Positions 1-12,574 of a stretch of DNA of 64,000 bases are shown piece after piece. Location: the NCBI GenBank assembly GCA_048128005.1, contig JBEUKZ010000112.1, positions 558,001 to 622,000 on the forward strand. Direction: 5' to 3'. This stretch comes from Veleropilina oligotropha (Eukaryota). A program made the translations under genes and the position numbers. Each line of letters opens with the position of its first letter. Position 1 is the first letter of the stretch. The notes below the pieces were generated by a model. That model searched no databases, was not told the DNA's origin, and saw only the letters and a list, made by a program, of their open reading frames with translations.

Positions 1-416
1 CACAACCACTATATTTATTAATCCGAATATTCGGATTACTAATCCGAATATTCGGATTAGTTAATCCGAATATTCAGATTAGTTAATCCGAATTAGTAAT
101 CCGAATATTCGGATTAGTAATAGCGTTTCGTTGAGATCGAAAATACCATTTATTCTTTTTCTTCACTGTTTCAATTTGTCTAGATCTGTATTTAATCGGG
201 GAAAACGTTAAATGAGTGAAGTTGACATGAAATATGATGAAAACTCGTTACCTGTTTCTCGAAGAGAGATGTTAAACATGAATTCTGTGACAGATACGAC
301 TGAAAAATTGTTAAAATGTAGTTGTAAAACTAAATTGATTCAATAAAATAAACTTTTTGTTTGGGTTCATTTGGAACTGGTGATGCGATGCGGTGGCACC
401 ATCGCATTACATATTA

Positions 417-2591
417 TACCACCATTCCACACATCCGTTCTAGCTCCCGTTCCCGTATCGACCAAGGAACGGTACGGGAATAGGAGGGGTCGGGGGTGTA
501 CCTTAATGGGACGCCAATGGACGTTAAGTAACGGAACTCCTTTGAACGGTAGGAACGATTGGGACGGGTGGGTTCGGGCTGCATGTTCAAAATTTTAGCC
601 GTTCCCCTCCCGTTCCAAATGAACGGTAATGAAACCTTAACACATCGCTAACGGAACTGATGGATCGTTAACGGAACTTAAGCATCGGTAACGCAACGCT
701 AACGTATCGGAAGTGAACGGCCACCAAAATCATCCCGCAGCAGTAGCCCCAGGAATGTCAACCCCGGTCCGCCCAGACATACCCTCCATTTCGTCCATGA
801 ACCTGTCCAACATGTCGAATTTCATGATCGATCAAGATGAAGAAGAGCCGGAGAAGGGCCAAGAAGATGAGCAAACCGAATATGGACAAATTTAGGACAC
901 TCAGTTGGCCAGTGTTTGTGTCAGGATATGACAGTTGATACTCAGTGTTTGTTAGAACTGTTAACTTTGCTTCTTGAAATTGATATTTATGTATATATAC
1001 TATTTTGTGAGATTTACAGAAATACAACATTGAACTGTGAAATGTATTTGTGTTTTATTTGATAACTAACAGGTACCCGTCCTAGTACTGGAGAAAATGG
1101 GTGGGGGTGTGGTGGCTAACTTAGTTTTTAAATCCTTTAAAAGCATTCATGAAAACCGTTAAATTTATTCATTATTCATTGCTTAATTAACAATCAATAA
1201 GCAATGTCCTAAAGGCATTAACAATTCACAATGAATTACTGGCGCTTGATGTGAATCATAACCTGTTGCCAAGGAACAGCCCCAGCAGGGCTATTGAAGT
1301 ACAGTCTCATATACTCCCGTTGCCTCTTCACCTCGGTGGTAGCTTGGTTTGGTCCACGAGCACGATACAGTTCATGCATTGGGTCATGTCTCCTCCATTC
1401 TCCCGGCACCATGTTGTGGCTTGAATCCTCGTGATCCATTTCAGCATTGTGTAGTCCAGGGTATCTCATCCTCATGGGGTTATGAAGACACACTGCAGCT
1501 TCCACCACGACTATTGCCACCTCTGGATTTTGTTGAAACGTGGTGTAAAGAGCTTTCCACCTGCTGGCCAAGATGCCGAATGCGTTCTCCACCACCCTGC
1601 GGCATCTGGATATCCTGTAGTTGGTGATGAGTTCTGCATCAATCATACCACGCCTGCTGTATGTACGCAGGGCAAAAGCGTCACCAGCCAGCATGAAGTA
1701 AGGGATAGGCCTATCATCGTTGGTCATTGGCTGAGGAGGTGGCAGATTGATGGTCCCATCCTGGAAGCACTCTTTCAGTTCAGAAGCATTATAGATCTGC
1801 ACATCTGACATGCGTCCCATGGATCCTACGTCCTCTCATATGAAATTGTTATCTGCGTCGACCAGAGCAAGGATGATGATGGAAAAGAAGCATTTGTAGT
1901 TATGATAGAGGCTCCCAGACTGGGGTGGCTTGCGAATGGCGATGGAAGTGTCCATACATCGGTCTCCTTGGGGCAGCCACCCATGGTCTCACCCAAAATG
2001 TTGGGGGTCTACGTCTTCTTTTCCTCATCAGTTCTTGTACACGGCCAAGCTGGCGAAAATGCAAGTTATTTTGATGTACTAGCAATAACAGAAAGAACAC
2101 ATATCTTTCCATCTTGGTGTCTAGCAAGTATCTGCATATAGGTAGAATATGTGCGCCACTTATAATAAACTCGGCAAATTTTGACGACAACGGTAACAAA
2201 ACGCTAATGGAACGCTGTCAGCACGCTACGATCGCTGTGAGATCGTTAAAGAACGGTACAGAACGGTCAAGAACGGTATAGATCGGTTGACGCGGTAACG
2301 GAACGGTATCGGATCACAATATAACGTTGCTTGAACGCTAATCAACGGAACTACAACGGTAAAGAACGGTATTGTATCGCTATCGAAACGCTGTACAAAA
2401 CCTTATATGGTCGGTGTTTGAACTGTGTTAGAACCTACGGCATCGTTACGATGGTTAACAGAACGCTATTGGAGCGCAAAGATGCCAAAAACGACCGTTC
2501 TCGCAGCGTCTGATCGGTAGAGGCAGCCGTCCTGGGAACGGCTGGGAACGGCTGAGAACGGAAGCTAGGACGGATGTGTGGAATGGAGGTA
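417..2591 (-). mobile_element. PIF/Harbinger DNA transposon, internally deleted
   Basis: TIRs taccaccattccacacatccgttctagctcccgttc (417-) and gaacggaagctaggacggatgtgtggaatggaggta (-2591). TTA TSD at 414-416 and 2592-2594. Subterminal AACGG repeats at both ends. Confidence 0.9.
1236..2112 (-). pseudogene. Harbinger (HARBI1-like DDE) transposase remnant
   Basis: ORF 1236-1820 has ...SDVQIY...GDAFAL...NYRISRCRRVVENAFGILASRW...AVCLHN; the N-terminal piece in 1900-2199 has RRRR..FWVRPW. The middle of the protein is missing. Confidence 0.85.
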
Positions 2592-2892
2592 TTATCGCTC
2601 CACACAACGCAGTGATAAGACGATACAATAAGTCGATCGTTCTATATAACTTGGTATCATCGCACCGCACCCTGGCTATATCGATTCGTACTTGTCATAC
2701 GAGTCGTTGTGGTACTCGTAGCCGGTAGCGACAGGGTATATCTTTTTAAACAACAATATTATATATTCTTGGATGACAAATTTGTTATCCTTTGGTGTGC
2801 TGTTAGTTCCCTTCGCACCACCACATCGTCGCATACTATGGAGCGAAAGTGATGGAACGATGTTGTGACGCGATACAGCAGCATCGTTATAT

Positions 2893-3340
2893 CGCCGTGG
2901 CTCAGTGGTAGATGCACTGGCCTCTCATCGAGAAGTATTGGGTTCAATTCCCGATCCCGGCGAATTCCATTGGGCAAGGAATTAAGCATATATGTGCATC
3001 GGTTTCACCCAGCCGATCTGAGATCTGAGTGGGTACCTGGGCCCAAGATTATAAAGGTCTGCTGAGTACGATCTCAGCCTCTGGTGACTGTTTCGTACTC
3101 CAATCAACACTCTAGATCATTGCTGAGTCTGAGCTGAGTTTCATAGAGTCTTTATAATCTTGGGCCCTGGTTGGCAGTGACGGAAATTGTCAGTATAGTC
3201 TGATGCGCCTATAAATGGCAGCTCGGCTGTAATACTCCCAGAGAGAGTTGAGATTTAGAATCTCGAACAGAACAGGCTGGTAACCAGGGAATAATAATGA
3301 TATAGCGCTTTGAGCAATATAAGAAGTATCCATTATTATT
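2893..3340 (+). mobile_element. tRNA-derived SINE, interrupted by a small MITE
   Basis: A box TGGCTCAGTGG and B box GGTTCAATTCC, then ttgggcaagg...gggtacctg core and a gcgctttgag...attattatt tail. Confidence 0.65.
3040..3166. mobile_element. Small MITE
   Basis: TIR ggcccaagattataaag / ctttataatcttgggcc with CTG repeated on both flanks. Confidence 0.65.
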
Positions 3341-3873
3341 GTCGTCATCGTTCCATCGTGTGCGATAATGTGGCGGTGCGATGGCGATGAGATGATGTGA
3401 TAGCATCACATCGTACTGTCGCATCGAAACGTGATGTGTCGTCGTGGCTGTCACAGTGGATATATCATGGATCTGCGGATACATAATTTCGATGGAACGA
3501 TGGCTACTAATGGTACATCATATTGCACTGCTTCATCTCAGGGCAGTGGACAAGAGCGGGACCCACTGGCCAATTCACTCGCCTGACTGCCCTGCTTCGC
3601 ATGTGGGCGTTCGAATCCTCGGTTGAACACTTTGTGCAGCTAAAAGTCACAGTCATTGGTCTGGTTTGTGAAGGCTGGTTCACCCGGACCACCAGGCCTT
3701 CCTCCAACAATAATATCGATATATAATAATAATAATAAGAATAATAATAGTCAATTTATAATGCGCTGTATTCCATGTAAAAACATGCTCTAAGCGCAGG
3801 AGGAATATAGCTCATGAAAAGATCAGCAGTTGTAAGCTTGTTTAAAGAGATATGTTTTCATATATCCGGTCGA

Positions 3874-3944
3874 CGCCTCACGGCAACAAACCTGTATCTC
3901 CAATGCTTTAACATTACAGATACAGGTTTGTTGCCCTGAGGCGT
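3874..3944. repeat. Near-perfect hairpin (probable MITE remnant)
   Basis: acgcctcacggcaacaaacctgtatct pairs with agatacaggtttgttgccctgaggcgt. Confidence 0.7.
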
Positions 3945-6393
3945 AACCCTGATGGGTGTTAAATGGCACATTAAGCTATAGTCAAAGAAGCAATATTAAA
4001 CCAGATATTTGTCATCGAACTTCCTTTATTCAATCATGTTTAATGAAAATCAAAGACGAAGGCTTTGCTTATATAGAATACTAATCCGAAAATTCGGATT
4101 ACTAATCCGAATTTTGACTAATCCGAATATTCGGATTACTAGTCCGAATATACGGATTAACTAATCGGAATATTCGGATTAACTAATCCGAATATTCGGA
4201 TTAGTAATCCGAATATTCGGATTAATAAATATAGTGGTTGTGGCAGTAATACGCTTCCGTAGTTTTGCTTGTCGTGGACTCACTCTCAAGGAAAAAACGG
4301 CAAACTGGACAAGATTAGACTATTGAAATGTCTGAGAGATAAATTGATCATCTTAATTTATCTTTTCGTTTATATATTTGATGGGAACACCTGACAGGTT
4401 ATACCAAAATTCATGGAGAGCCGGAAATTCGATTATAACTTTATCGCAAGCTGTAAATACGTCGCTACGTGATGTTATTTTTATCGTATAATGTTCAGAT
4501 GTAAGCTCACCAGTAGGTTCATGAGAGTAACCGAAGAAAGACCATGTAGTGCATTATAAGGTGACAACCTCAGACGAACATATATTAATTATATGATTAC
4601 AGTTTGTCATTGTATTGTGTTTGACCCACCATTTGCATAACCAATCTTGCAAAGAGACGTGTTGTTTTCTTTAAATAGATGGGAGAACAATGTTTCTGTC
4701 AGCTATCTATATTATCAAACTGTCTATTTTATCAATTTGCCCGTAGTTGATTGAGAAGAAACTCAGAATATAGCTGAACATTTAACTGAAAGGCAAGGGC
4801 TATGTGGTAATATTTCAGAAAAACAGTAATTATCCGATGAAGCATATCCTATACCCGGCGTTACTGCGTGCATGATAAATGTACAATATACCGAAACAGC
4901 CAAGGGGTCCAATCAGCGCCATGGTATTCTTTTATGGACAGGGCCAATTCATGGCGATGTTGGCTTATTATTGGGAAGAATGTGAACATCTGCATGTGGT
5001 TTAACCAATCTGGTTAAATATGAATCTGTCGTATACTGCATATGATAATTTTGACCCATCAAATTCACAACGAAGGTCAGGGTGAACCAAAAATGCACCC
5101 CATACTACGGCTTGCAAAATCAGTAAATTTCCATAGAATGTATTAATATTTGGTACGCCTTAATGAAAAACATAATATGTGTTGAGTTTTAACTGAGTTC
5201 CATGCAGGCTTTGTTCGGATTTTATGACCAGTTCAAAAGATCCAATGCAATAGTGTAAGCACACTGGCTGACGACGGGTAAGATTGTCAATCACGCGTAG
5301 GCCTATACTATCATCATGACTGATTGCTCTGACCTTTGATGATATTGCTCTCTTCAGTTGGGGATTGTTTCCTATATATTGTCGTTCAAGTATCCCCAGA
5401 TATAAAAGCTGGCGGGGTTTTAAATCTGGGGAGTATGCAAGATGAGCAGGTCTCCAATGTTCTGTGTTAACAACTGTTGTGTGTTATTTGATGCTCGGAG
5501 AGTAGACCCATCTTGTTCGAGCCATTGTTCATTGATTGTAATGCCATGTCAACCTTAGTAAATGTTTGATAAATTTCTATCCAATTATATGGGTACAAAT
5601 ACAGATGTCAATTCAAAATTCTTCTTAGAGCCTCCTGCAGAATATCAAGTTGTTGGTTGCGCCAACGTAACGACTTCTTCAAACTGCGACCCACTGATCC
5701 CTGACTTCGGCGGTATTCTTCTCTGTCCTTAAAATTCTTCCGTCTCCAGGAATGTATATCGGCATTTCCTTTAGCCTTGTATTTCTTAACAGTTCTATGC
5801 TCCCGGATTTCTGTACGCATATTAGATCGAGTCCATTTACCGGGTAAGTACGGCAACTATTTTTTCCTTGAAATGTACCTGAACGGTTTGAAAGATATGT
5901 TCTCAACGTGATTCTCTACGAAAAATGGCTTTTGTCGAAAGGTCCAAGGACTCTTTATTCTAAACTGGTAGGCATCTAAACTTTAAAATATCGACTTTTA
6001 TTTTAAAGTGATATCTGGGAGGTCTATGGCCCAGTACGGGTGTCAGACGGGTTGGCGTGGGTTTCGCACGTATTCGTGCTTGTTTAGGGCATATACTTGC
6101 TAGATAAAAGTTCCGTCGTTTGTAAAATTCTTTTATTTTGAGATGAAGGTTTCATTAATAAATTATTATAAGTACACGCATTATATAGTGTATAACACTC
6201 TATCATCAAGGTGTTAACATGGCCTGAAACTGTCATTGTGGTACATATCATTTGTTTCCATTTAAAAGAAGACAAATGATTCAGTTGGCACGCTCATATA
6301 GGCCTACTACAGTAAAATTTACATATTATATAGGATCTTAATATGACAAATGCAAATGCCGATGCGCTTTTGTTAAGTATATAGTAAAACAGA

Positions 6394-6580
6394 GCGACCG
6401 CCCCCGTGGTGCAGTGGGTTAGTAAGTTGCCCCAGATCCACTTGCACTGACTGTGCTTATTCGTGCTTGTAGGTTCGATATCGGCCGAATTGGATTTAGA
6501 CCCACCAGTCAGTTTATCGGGTATTCCGGCCTTTCCTCCAACGATGATATTGACATAACGAACGTAGCTCATGAATTCCA
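6394..6580 (+). mobile_element. Degenerate tRNA-derived SINE
   Basis: A box gtggtgcagtgg, B box ggttcgat, and core gggtattccggcctttcctcc. Confidence 0.5.
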
Positions 6581-7538
6581 CCGTGACGGAATCACCAAAT
6601 TTCGAGTAATGAGCAGTTGTTATCTTTTTCGTTTGCAATATATAATGTCACACAGTACATTTTTGTACAACCGTTAATATGCAATAAACGATAAAACAGA
6701 ACCTATGTTGTAGTATACGTTGTTTATTATATGCCAGTCGTTTTCCGACGCCTATTCTCGCGCAGTTTTCCGACACCCTGTATCACGGACACAGCTGATA
6801 TCGATTCAGAAAACGTCTCCTGCTTATATTATTCACAGGAAAACGTCTTCTGCTTATATATTCAAAATGGCTGACAAAGCTAGGAACTACTTCCAATATA
6901 ATCCTATACTATTTCAACCTCCCTTACAGATTCGTGACTAAAATTACCATAATCTTTCGATTCAATTTAATAAGAAACTTGTTGTGGCATATAATAAAAA
7001 TGTTATCAGTTATTGTGTGGATTCTGGCACATCGGAAACCTCTCGTGACGTCGTAGTTTTTGCGGCGGATTAATCGCGAGAACGAACAGAATCCACACAA
7101 TACTAATAACATCATTATACCTGCCGCTGGAAGTTAGTGTCGTGATTCCGTCACTTTTCGAACGTGACGGAATCACTCGTACACATAACATGGTAATTTT
7201 GTATAATATATATAATAGTACAGATAATTCATAGGCCTACATACATACATTCAAACATTTACACATACATACATGACTATTGTGTGGGTGACTTGAACAC
7301 ATATAGAGGAACAAAGAAGAATTTTATTCATGATAGTTAACACATTTGGCCTTACAGGCACCGTGAATAGCTTATATAATGTAGCGCGTATTCCAAATTG
7401 ATGATTCCTCTTTGCATCACTAGACTATATTAAATGTAGGCTGATATTAATATTCCTGATAAACATATTTACATGCAACACAAAATTAAGGTTAATTTGA
7501 AAACAAGTAACACGCATGTTTTTATGAAATGCACAAAA

Positions 7539-8793
7539 TTAGTTGCAATCGTAACAAGTGAAATTGTTATCATCTAAAATCCCATTTTCTTCCGCACAAG
7601 TTTCGTGGAACCAAGACTTGCAACTGAAGCATTCCAGCCACTGCTCCTTTTGTTTCGGGTCGTCATTGTGTCCATACACCCGCTTGCAGAATTTGCAAGG
7701 ATAACCTTGATTTGATTGCTGCTTTTCGAGATATTTCGATGCCTTCGAACTTTTGGTGTTGGGCTTCACGGCATTTCCACCCTCTGTCGACTTTGATACA
7801 GAAGGTGCTTTTGGACGTTTGGTTTGCTTGGCGCATACATTATGAACGTGTTCTCCATCAGAAGAGGTGTAGTATTTGCACAGCACTTCATTGCTGCCGA
7901 TTGGTGCGATATAGTGGGTGTTTTGGACTCCAGTTATTATTGGTGTGTTTTCCCACAGAGCATGGCACTGAATATCTTCACAGTGAGCGGCTATTTCTTG
8001 TTCTGACATCACGGTCACTTCGATGTTGCTTCCATATTTCTTCATGACTTCAGCGAACGAATCTGCATCGGTCACCAAGGCTGTACGTGCGAGAACATGC
8101 CTGTGGACGATTCGCTTTGCATTCCCACCGATTGCGTCATTCGGTCCCTTGCCGTGGCTGGTGGCGAAGTAGTTCCATCGTATCAACAGCTGATTCACCC
8201 TCCCTAGTGTGCTGAGCATCGCAAATATGAACCGATTCTTGTATTGTGAGCTGGGGCCATCTGTCCATGTGTTGACAATCTTTACACTGGGCATATCCGT
8301 GGTCCCGACAGTCGGAGACTATAACCCAAGACTTGACAATATCGCGATGGTATACCATGACCGTGTACACTGTGACCTGCTTTCGGTGCCAATGGTCAGA
8401 TTGTATTTCATCCTGATAGACAGCCGTGTAATTCTCTGCGAAATCCATCTGCAGGAGGCATTCTTCAGACCGAGATGACTGGGATTCACCTTTGTGGCGC
8501 TCGTAAGATCGTGCTTGATGGTTCTTGACGAAGACGTGCCATAGAAAACATGAGAGCTGTCCAGATATTGCATCTAAGCACTCTGCCACTGTACCCTGGG
8601 TAGGTTCTTTGGAAAGGTAATCGGTGGAATTTTCTTGCCACTGAAACCACTTAATAGCAGCCGCGTTGTCCCGAATCTTTTCTTTTATGTTGTTGTTGAA
8701 CATCCTGTTATCGCTACAGACGTCACATTGCGTCGCCTGAGAATTATACTGTTCTATGTCCATATTTGTTGAATAGGTGAAATCGGCGATCAA
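7539..8793 (-). pseudogene. Sola-like (probably Sola2) DDD transposase C-terminal part with PHD finger; frameshifted
   Basis: Motifs MDFAENY...QDEIQSDHW (ORF 8137-8793), then WTDGPSSQYKN and FATSHGKGPNDAIGG (ORF 7539-8294). C-terminal CKFC...WLECFSCKSWFHETC...CYDC fits C4HC3. Frame break near 8295. Confidence 0.7.
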
Positions 8794-10164
8794 AGATTTG
8801 GTTCATCATAAAATAACAATTTATCGACATATGAGTTATATGTTAATCCATATTTACCACAAAGACTGGTCACTTAATATTATTTGTTCTTAACTAAACC
8901 AAAAATAGTATTATGTTTGGTATAGTAATGACGATTTATTGATTGGACATAGAAAATATTTGTTATAAACACATGCACTTTTGTTAGATCTATACTGTTC
9001 TATGTCCATTTGGATTGATTAATATAGTTAAAATAGCGCTTATTTTCCCCGTTATAAAATATGATGTTGCAAAGGAACGTGCATATTGATCATAGCAAGG
9101 TATAATGGCAGATATAACCTGTGTATATTACATGCCTGTGTCGGTTATGGTCTACCGCAGAGTCAAGATATACACGTAATCTTATTTACAGACTGTTCTA
9201 TCTCCAACGTCACATGACGTTAATCCATCAATCTGATTGGTGAATGACTAAATGCCATAAACTATTATTGTAAACTAGATTCAAATGTGTAGGGCATCTA
9301 CCTTGAATATTCAAAATGGTCGCCAGTCCGATATTTCTTTTTGCCAAGATTTCGTCTATTTCCGTCATTTTGATATATAATCCCTATTCTCTGCCTCAAA
9401 TGAGAACACATTTATACTATATATGGTTGCAAACTAGGCCAACTTGAATATGGCAGCCATCTTGAAATATGGAAACTGGCCGCCAATTATAGTGTATCAA
9501 CCTGTTCAGTTGTGTGCAAGTTGATTTTTGCGCGTTACACACATATAATTACACAAACACACATACACATCCACCCCACCCCCACCCACAGCCCATACAT
9601 GCACACACTATCACAAACAATCGAGCATATTGTAATGTGGAAGGTGAATATAATGTACATAGGAAACATTTATGTGACTATGTACATGTGTAAATGCATG
9701 TTAACAACCATTGAATCCAATCATAATGCAATTCTCTAACAAAGGCAGTGGTATTATTAAATCTCTATTTTCTGTGTTTTTCAATTGACCGGCATTCACT
9801 TGTCATGGAAGGGAAATGCTTATTCAAGTTCTGGTGTGGCCCCTAGTGTGATATGGAATATATAGAATTACCCTAATGCCAGCAAAATGTACAATGGCGA
9901 TCTGAATCTATGATTGGAGTATCAACTAACAGATAATTAAAACTGTGTCTTTAGATATACGTCCTCATCAAGTACATCTAGGTTTGCAAACATTAATGCT
10001 GCTGAAAAAATTTCAATCCAGAATTTGCGTCAATCTCCTAGACCATTTGACTTCGTTACACATTGTTTGTATTGTGGAGAACAATGCAACATTCCGAGAT
10101 ATCTCATGCACCCAGCTAGGTAGAGGACGGCTTATATATATGAACGGCTTCAGAATAAGATGGA

Positions 10165-10165
<1 letters not shown>

Positions 10166-10195
<30 letters not shown>

Positions 10196-10935
10196 CCTGT
10201 TCGTCGACATAAGGCGTCAACGATTTGCCTGCATCGGGGCCAGTCGTTTGTTGCATATTGTGCCTCGCCCGTTGTCAAGCCCATCTCCTTCAGTCGGTTG
10301 CAACAGTCCGTCACCAGGTTAATCTTTGACGCCCTTGTTTCCTTTTCCCAGGTGATGTCCATCTGAGGTAAGTCTTGGGATTACTGTCATGGTCCATTCT
10401 AAGAACATATCCAAGCCATCGGATTCGGCGGCGTTTGACCTCCAGCAGCACACTCTGACTCTTTGATTTATTTGATCTTGTTGGGCCAGAAGATGCGACA
10501 TATTTTCCTGAGGCATCCGTTGTGGAACGCGTTGATTTTGTTCATGTCGCTCCTTGCCACTCCCCAGCACTCGGCATCATACAGCAGCAATGGCGTGACA
10601 ATACTGTTGTACGGTCTGAGCTTCGTTCTTAAGATATACTGCTCTGATTTCTAGACGGGCTGGAGTCTTGCAAAGGCACAGCATGCTTTCCCAAATCTTG
10701 GTTTGATGTTCTTCTGTGCTGCATTGTCCTTTGCGACGAGGCTACACAGGAAGTTGAATCCCTCAACAAAATCAAATGGTTCACCATCTGCTATAATTGG
10801 TACATCTGAATTGGCGCTGATGGGTCTTGGATATGTTAAAGTTCAATCCTGCCTGTTTGAAATAACTGTTGAGCATGTCGGTCGTCTCCTATAGGTGGAA
10901 ACCTGTTGTGGAAAGATCAGCGAGGTCATCGGCAT
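10166..10935 (-). mobile_element. RTE-clade LINE 3' relic with (TAAG)n tail
   Basis: (ACTT)n at 10166-10196 followed by degenerate RT C-terminus on the minus strand (LLYDAECW, INAFHNGCLRKICRIFW). Confidence 0.75.
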
Positions 10936-11739
10936 ATCACATGATGAAACGCCATACTTTCAATACAACCGGGATAAATGTACCGCGTTCGTGTTCACAT
11001 ACTTGGTGTCTTGTCTTATCTGCATACAGCAGAGGTCGGATTGCATAAATACTGCATGAGTGGATTCTTTTTTAATCGGGTGCGCCTAACTGATCAAGAC
11101 GACCATGTCAAGTCTTCAAAGACCCTGTAGCTATTCTTTTGGACAGCACCAAATACAGATTGAATATCGATATGTACTTGCAGATGAGGCCTTCGCCAAT
11201 ACAATGAAAGGCTTTCTGAGTGATAGCAATATATAGGCAGCTTTCCAAACAACCAACCGATCTTCAAATATTATTAAAAGTGATGCTCAGGGATTACTAA
11301 TTAATGCTTCGAAACACATACGATTATAGAATCGCATGCAGGTACGATGAAGTTGCATCAGACCGCGAATCAAGTATGCATAGGCGTCAAAAAGGGGTTA
11401 GGGCAATCAATGGTTGACAATTTTGATGCAGATATTCATTCACCAAACAGAAAAATATGTACACAATCCTTGTCAATAATAATAACACAGCCACATGAGA
11501 GCAATACAATCTTGCGACTGGAGCACAGTGCCATGAAATTGCCAATGATCGACGATGAACCTAATCCCCTGAATTACTATATTGAATTTGGCAAGAAGAA
11601 ACAACCTATGCCAGATTTGCCTATGTCAGCTGTTCCTGACAATATCGCTTCAACTTGAACCAACAGGACGCTTTCTCGTGTAATCGTGCAATCCACAAGA
11701 TGCTGCCGTGCTATGGTCTTCTCGCGAGCATGAGTCAAT

Positions 11740-12574
11740 GGGCCGTATTCAGAAATGTCCCTCAAGTTCAAACTTTCCTTTCACTTTCCGTAGTAGCACT
11801 TTCAAGAAAAGTTCAACTTTACCAGAATACATTTTCAAGAACGACACTTTGCTCTCCCTTCTGAAAGTGACCATTGGCAAGCGAAGTGACAAACAGAGTG
11901 TCACTTTGTCATCGTAGGCACTAAGATCACGAAAGGCCCGACCTATAGTTACAAGTTATAACATTGGATATCCCCATAACGAGGACGCAAAGTACGCTGT
12001 GGTAGACCGTTTGCGCATGCATACCTTTAAAGTCAATAACTGTTCATAATATCAAAGAAAAAAACAAAAAGTATTGTTTCTACTATTGAGAATAAAATTA
12101 TAACCGTACTTGTTGGTGAATAAACTCGTATTTTTAAAAGAAAAATATGCATAAATCGTTCCTTTGAAAAACGATATATATCTTAAAATTCAGCAGCGTG
12201 TCTCATTTCGAATTCATTTCCGATATTATTGGCTTCTATATTTCTAGTAGGATGTGTGATTTCAACGATACGAATTGTGTGTAGTCGTTTCCAGTTATAC
12301 ACTTTCCTTCAAAAGTGACACTTTTGCCAGGAAAGTGTGGTTATGATCACACTTTCAGAAAGTAACACTTTTCTCTGTTTTTAAAGGTTCGATTTGCTGT
12401 AAGTGGCGTTCATGAAATGCATTGTAAGTATCACTTGGGATTAACCACTTTGGAAAGTTGATACTTCAACTATCCGAAAAGTTAAGCTTACATGAATGTT
12501 CTTGAATTGTTTAAGTGATCCTTTCACGCTGAAAGTTTCACTTTGAGGGAAAGGGGCGTTTCTGAATACGGCCC
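11740..12574. mobile_element. Harbinger-type MITE, copy 1
   Basis: TIR gggccgtattcagaaa / tttctgaatacggccc; 3-bp TSD AAT; reverse complement of 23244-24105. Confidence 0.9.

Larger units (their letters stand above)
1..4262. mobile_element. Non-autonomous TIR DNA element with terminal arrays of the palindrome TAATCCGAATATTCGGATTA; left end cut by the window edge; contains nested elements
   Basis: 1-120 is the reverse complement of ~4120-4242 (cacaaccactatatttattaatccgaatattcgg... vs ...ccgaatattcggattaataaatatagtggttgtg). The right arm runs on to ...gcttccgtag at 4262. Confidence 0.75.

Noticed and set aside
2893..2970. tRNA gene
   Set aside because: A and B boxes are present but the stems pair poorly and the sequence continues into a SINE body; the same applies at 6394, 21735 and 28746.
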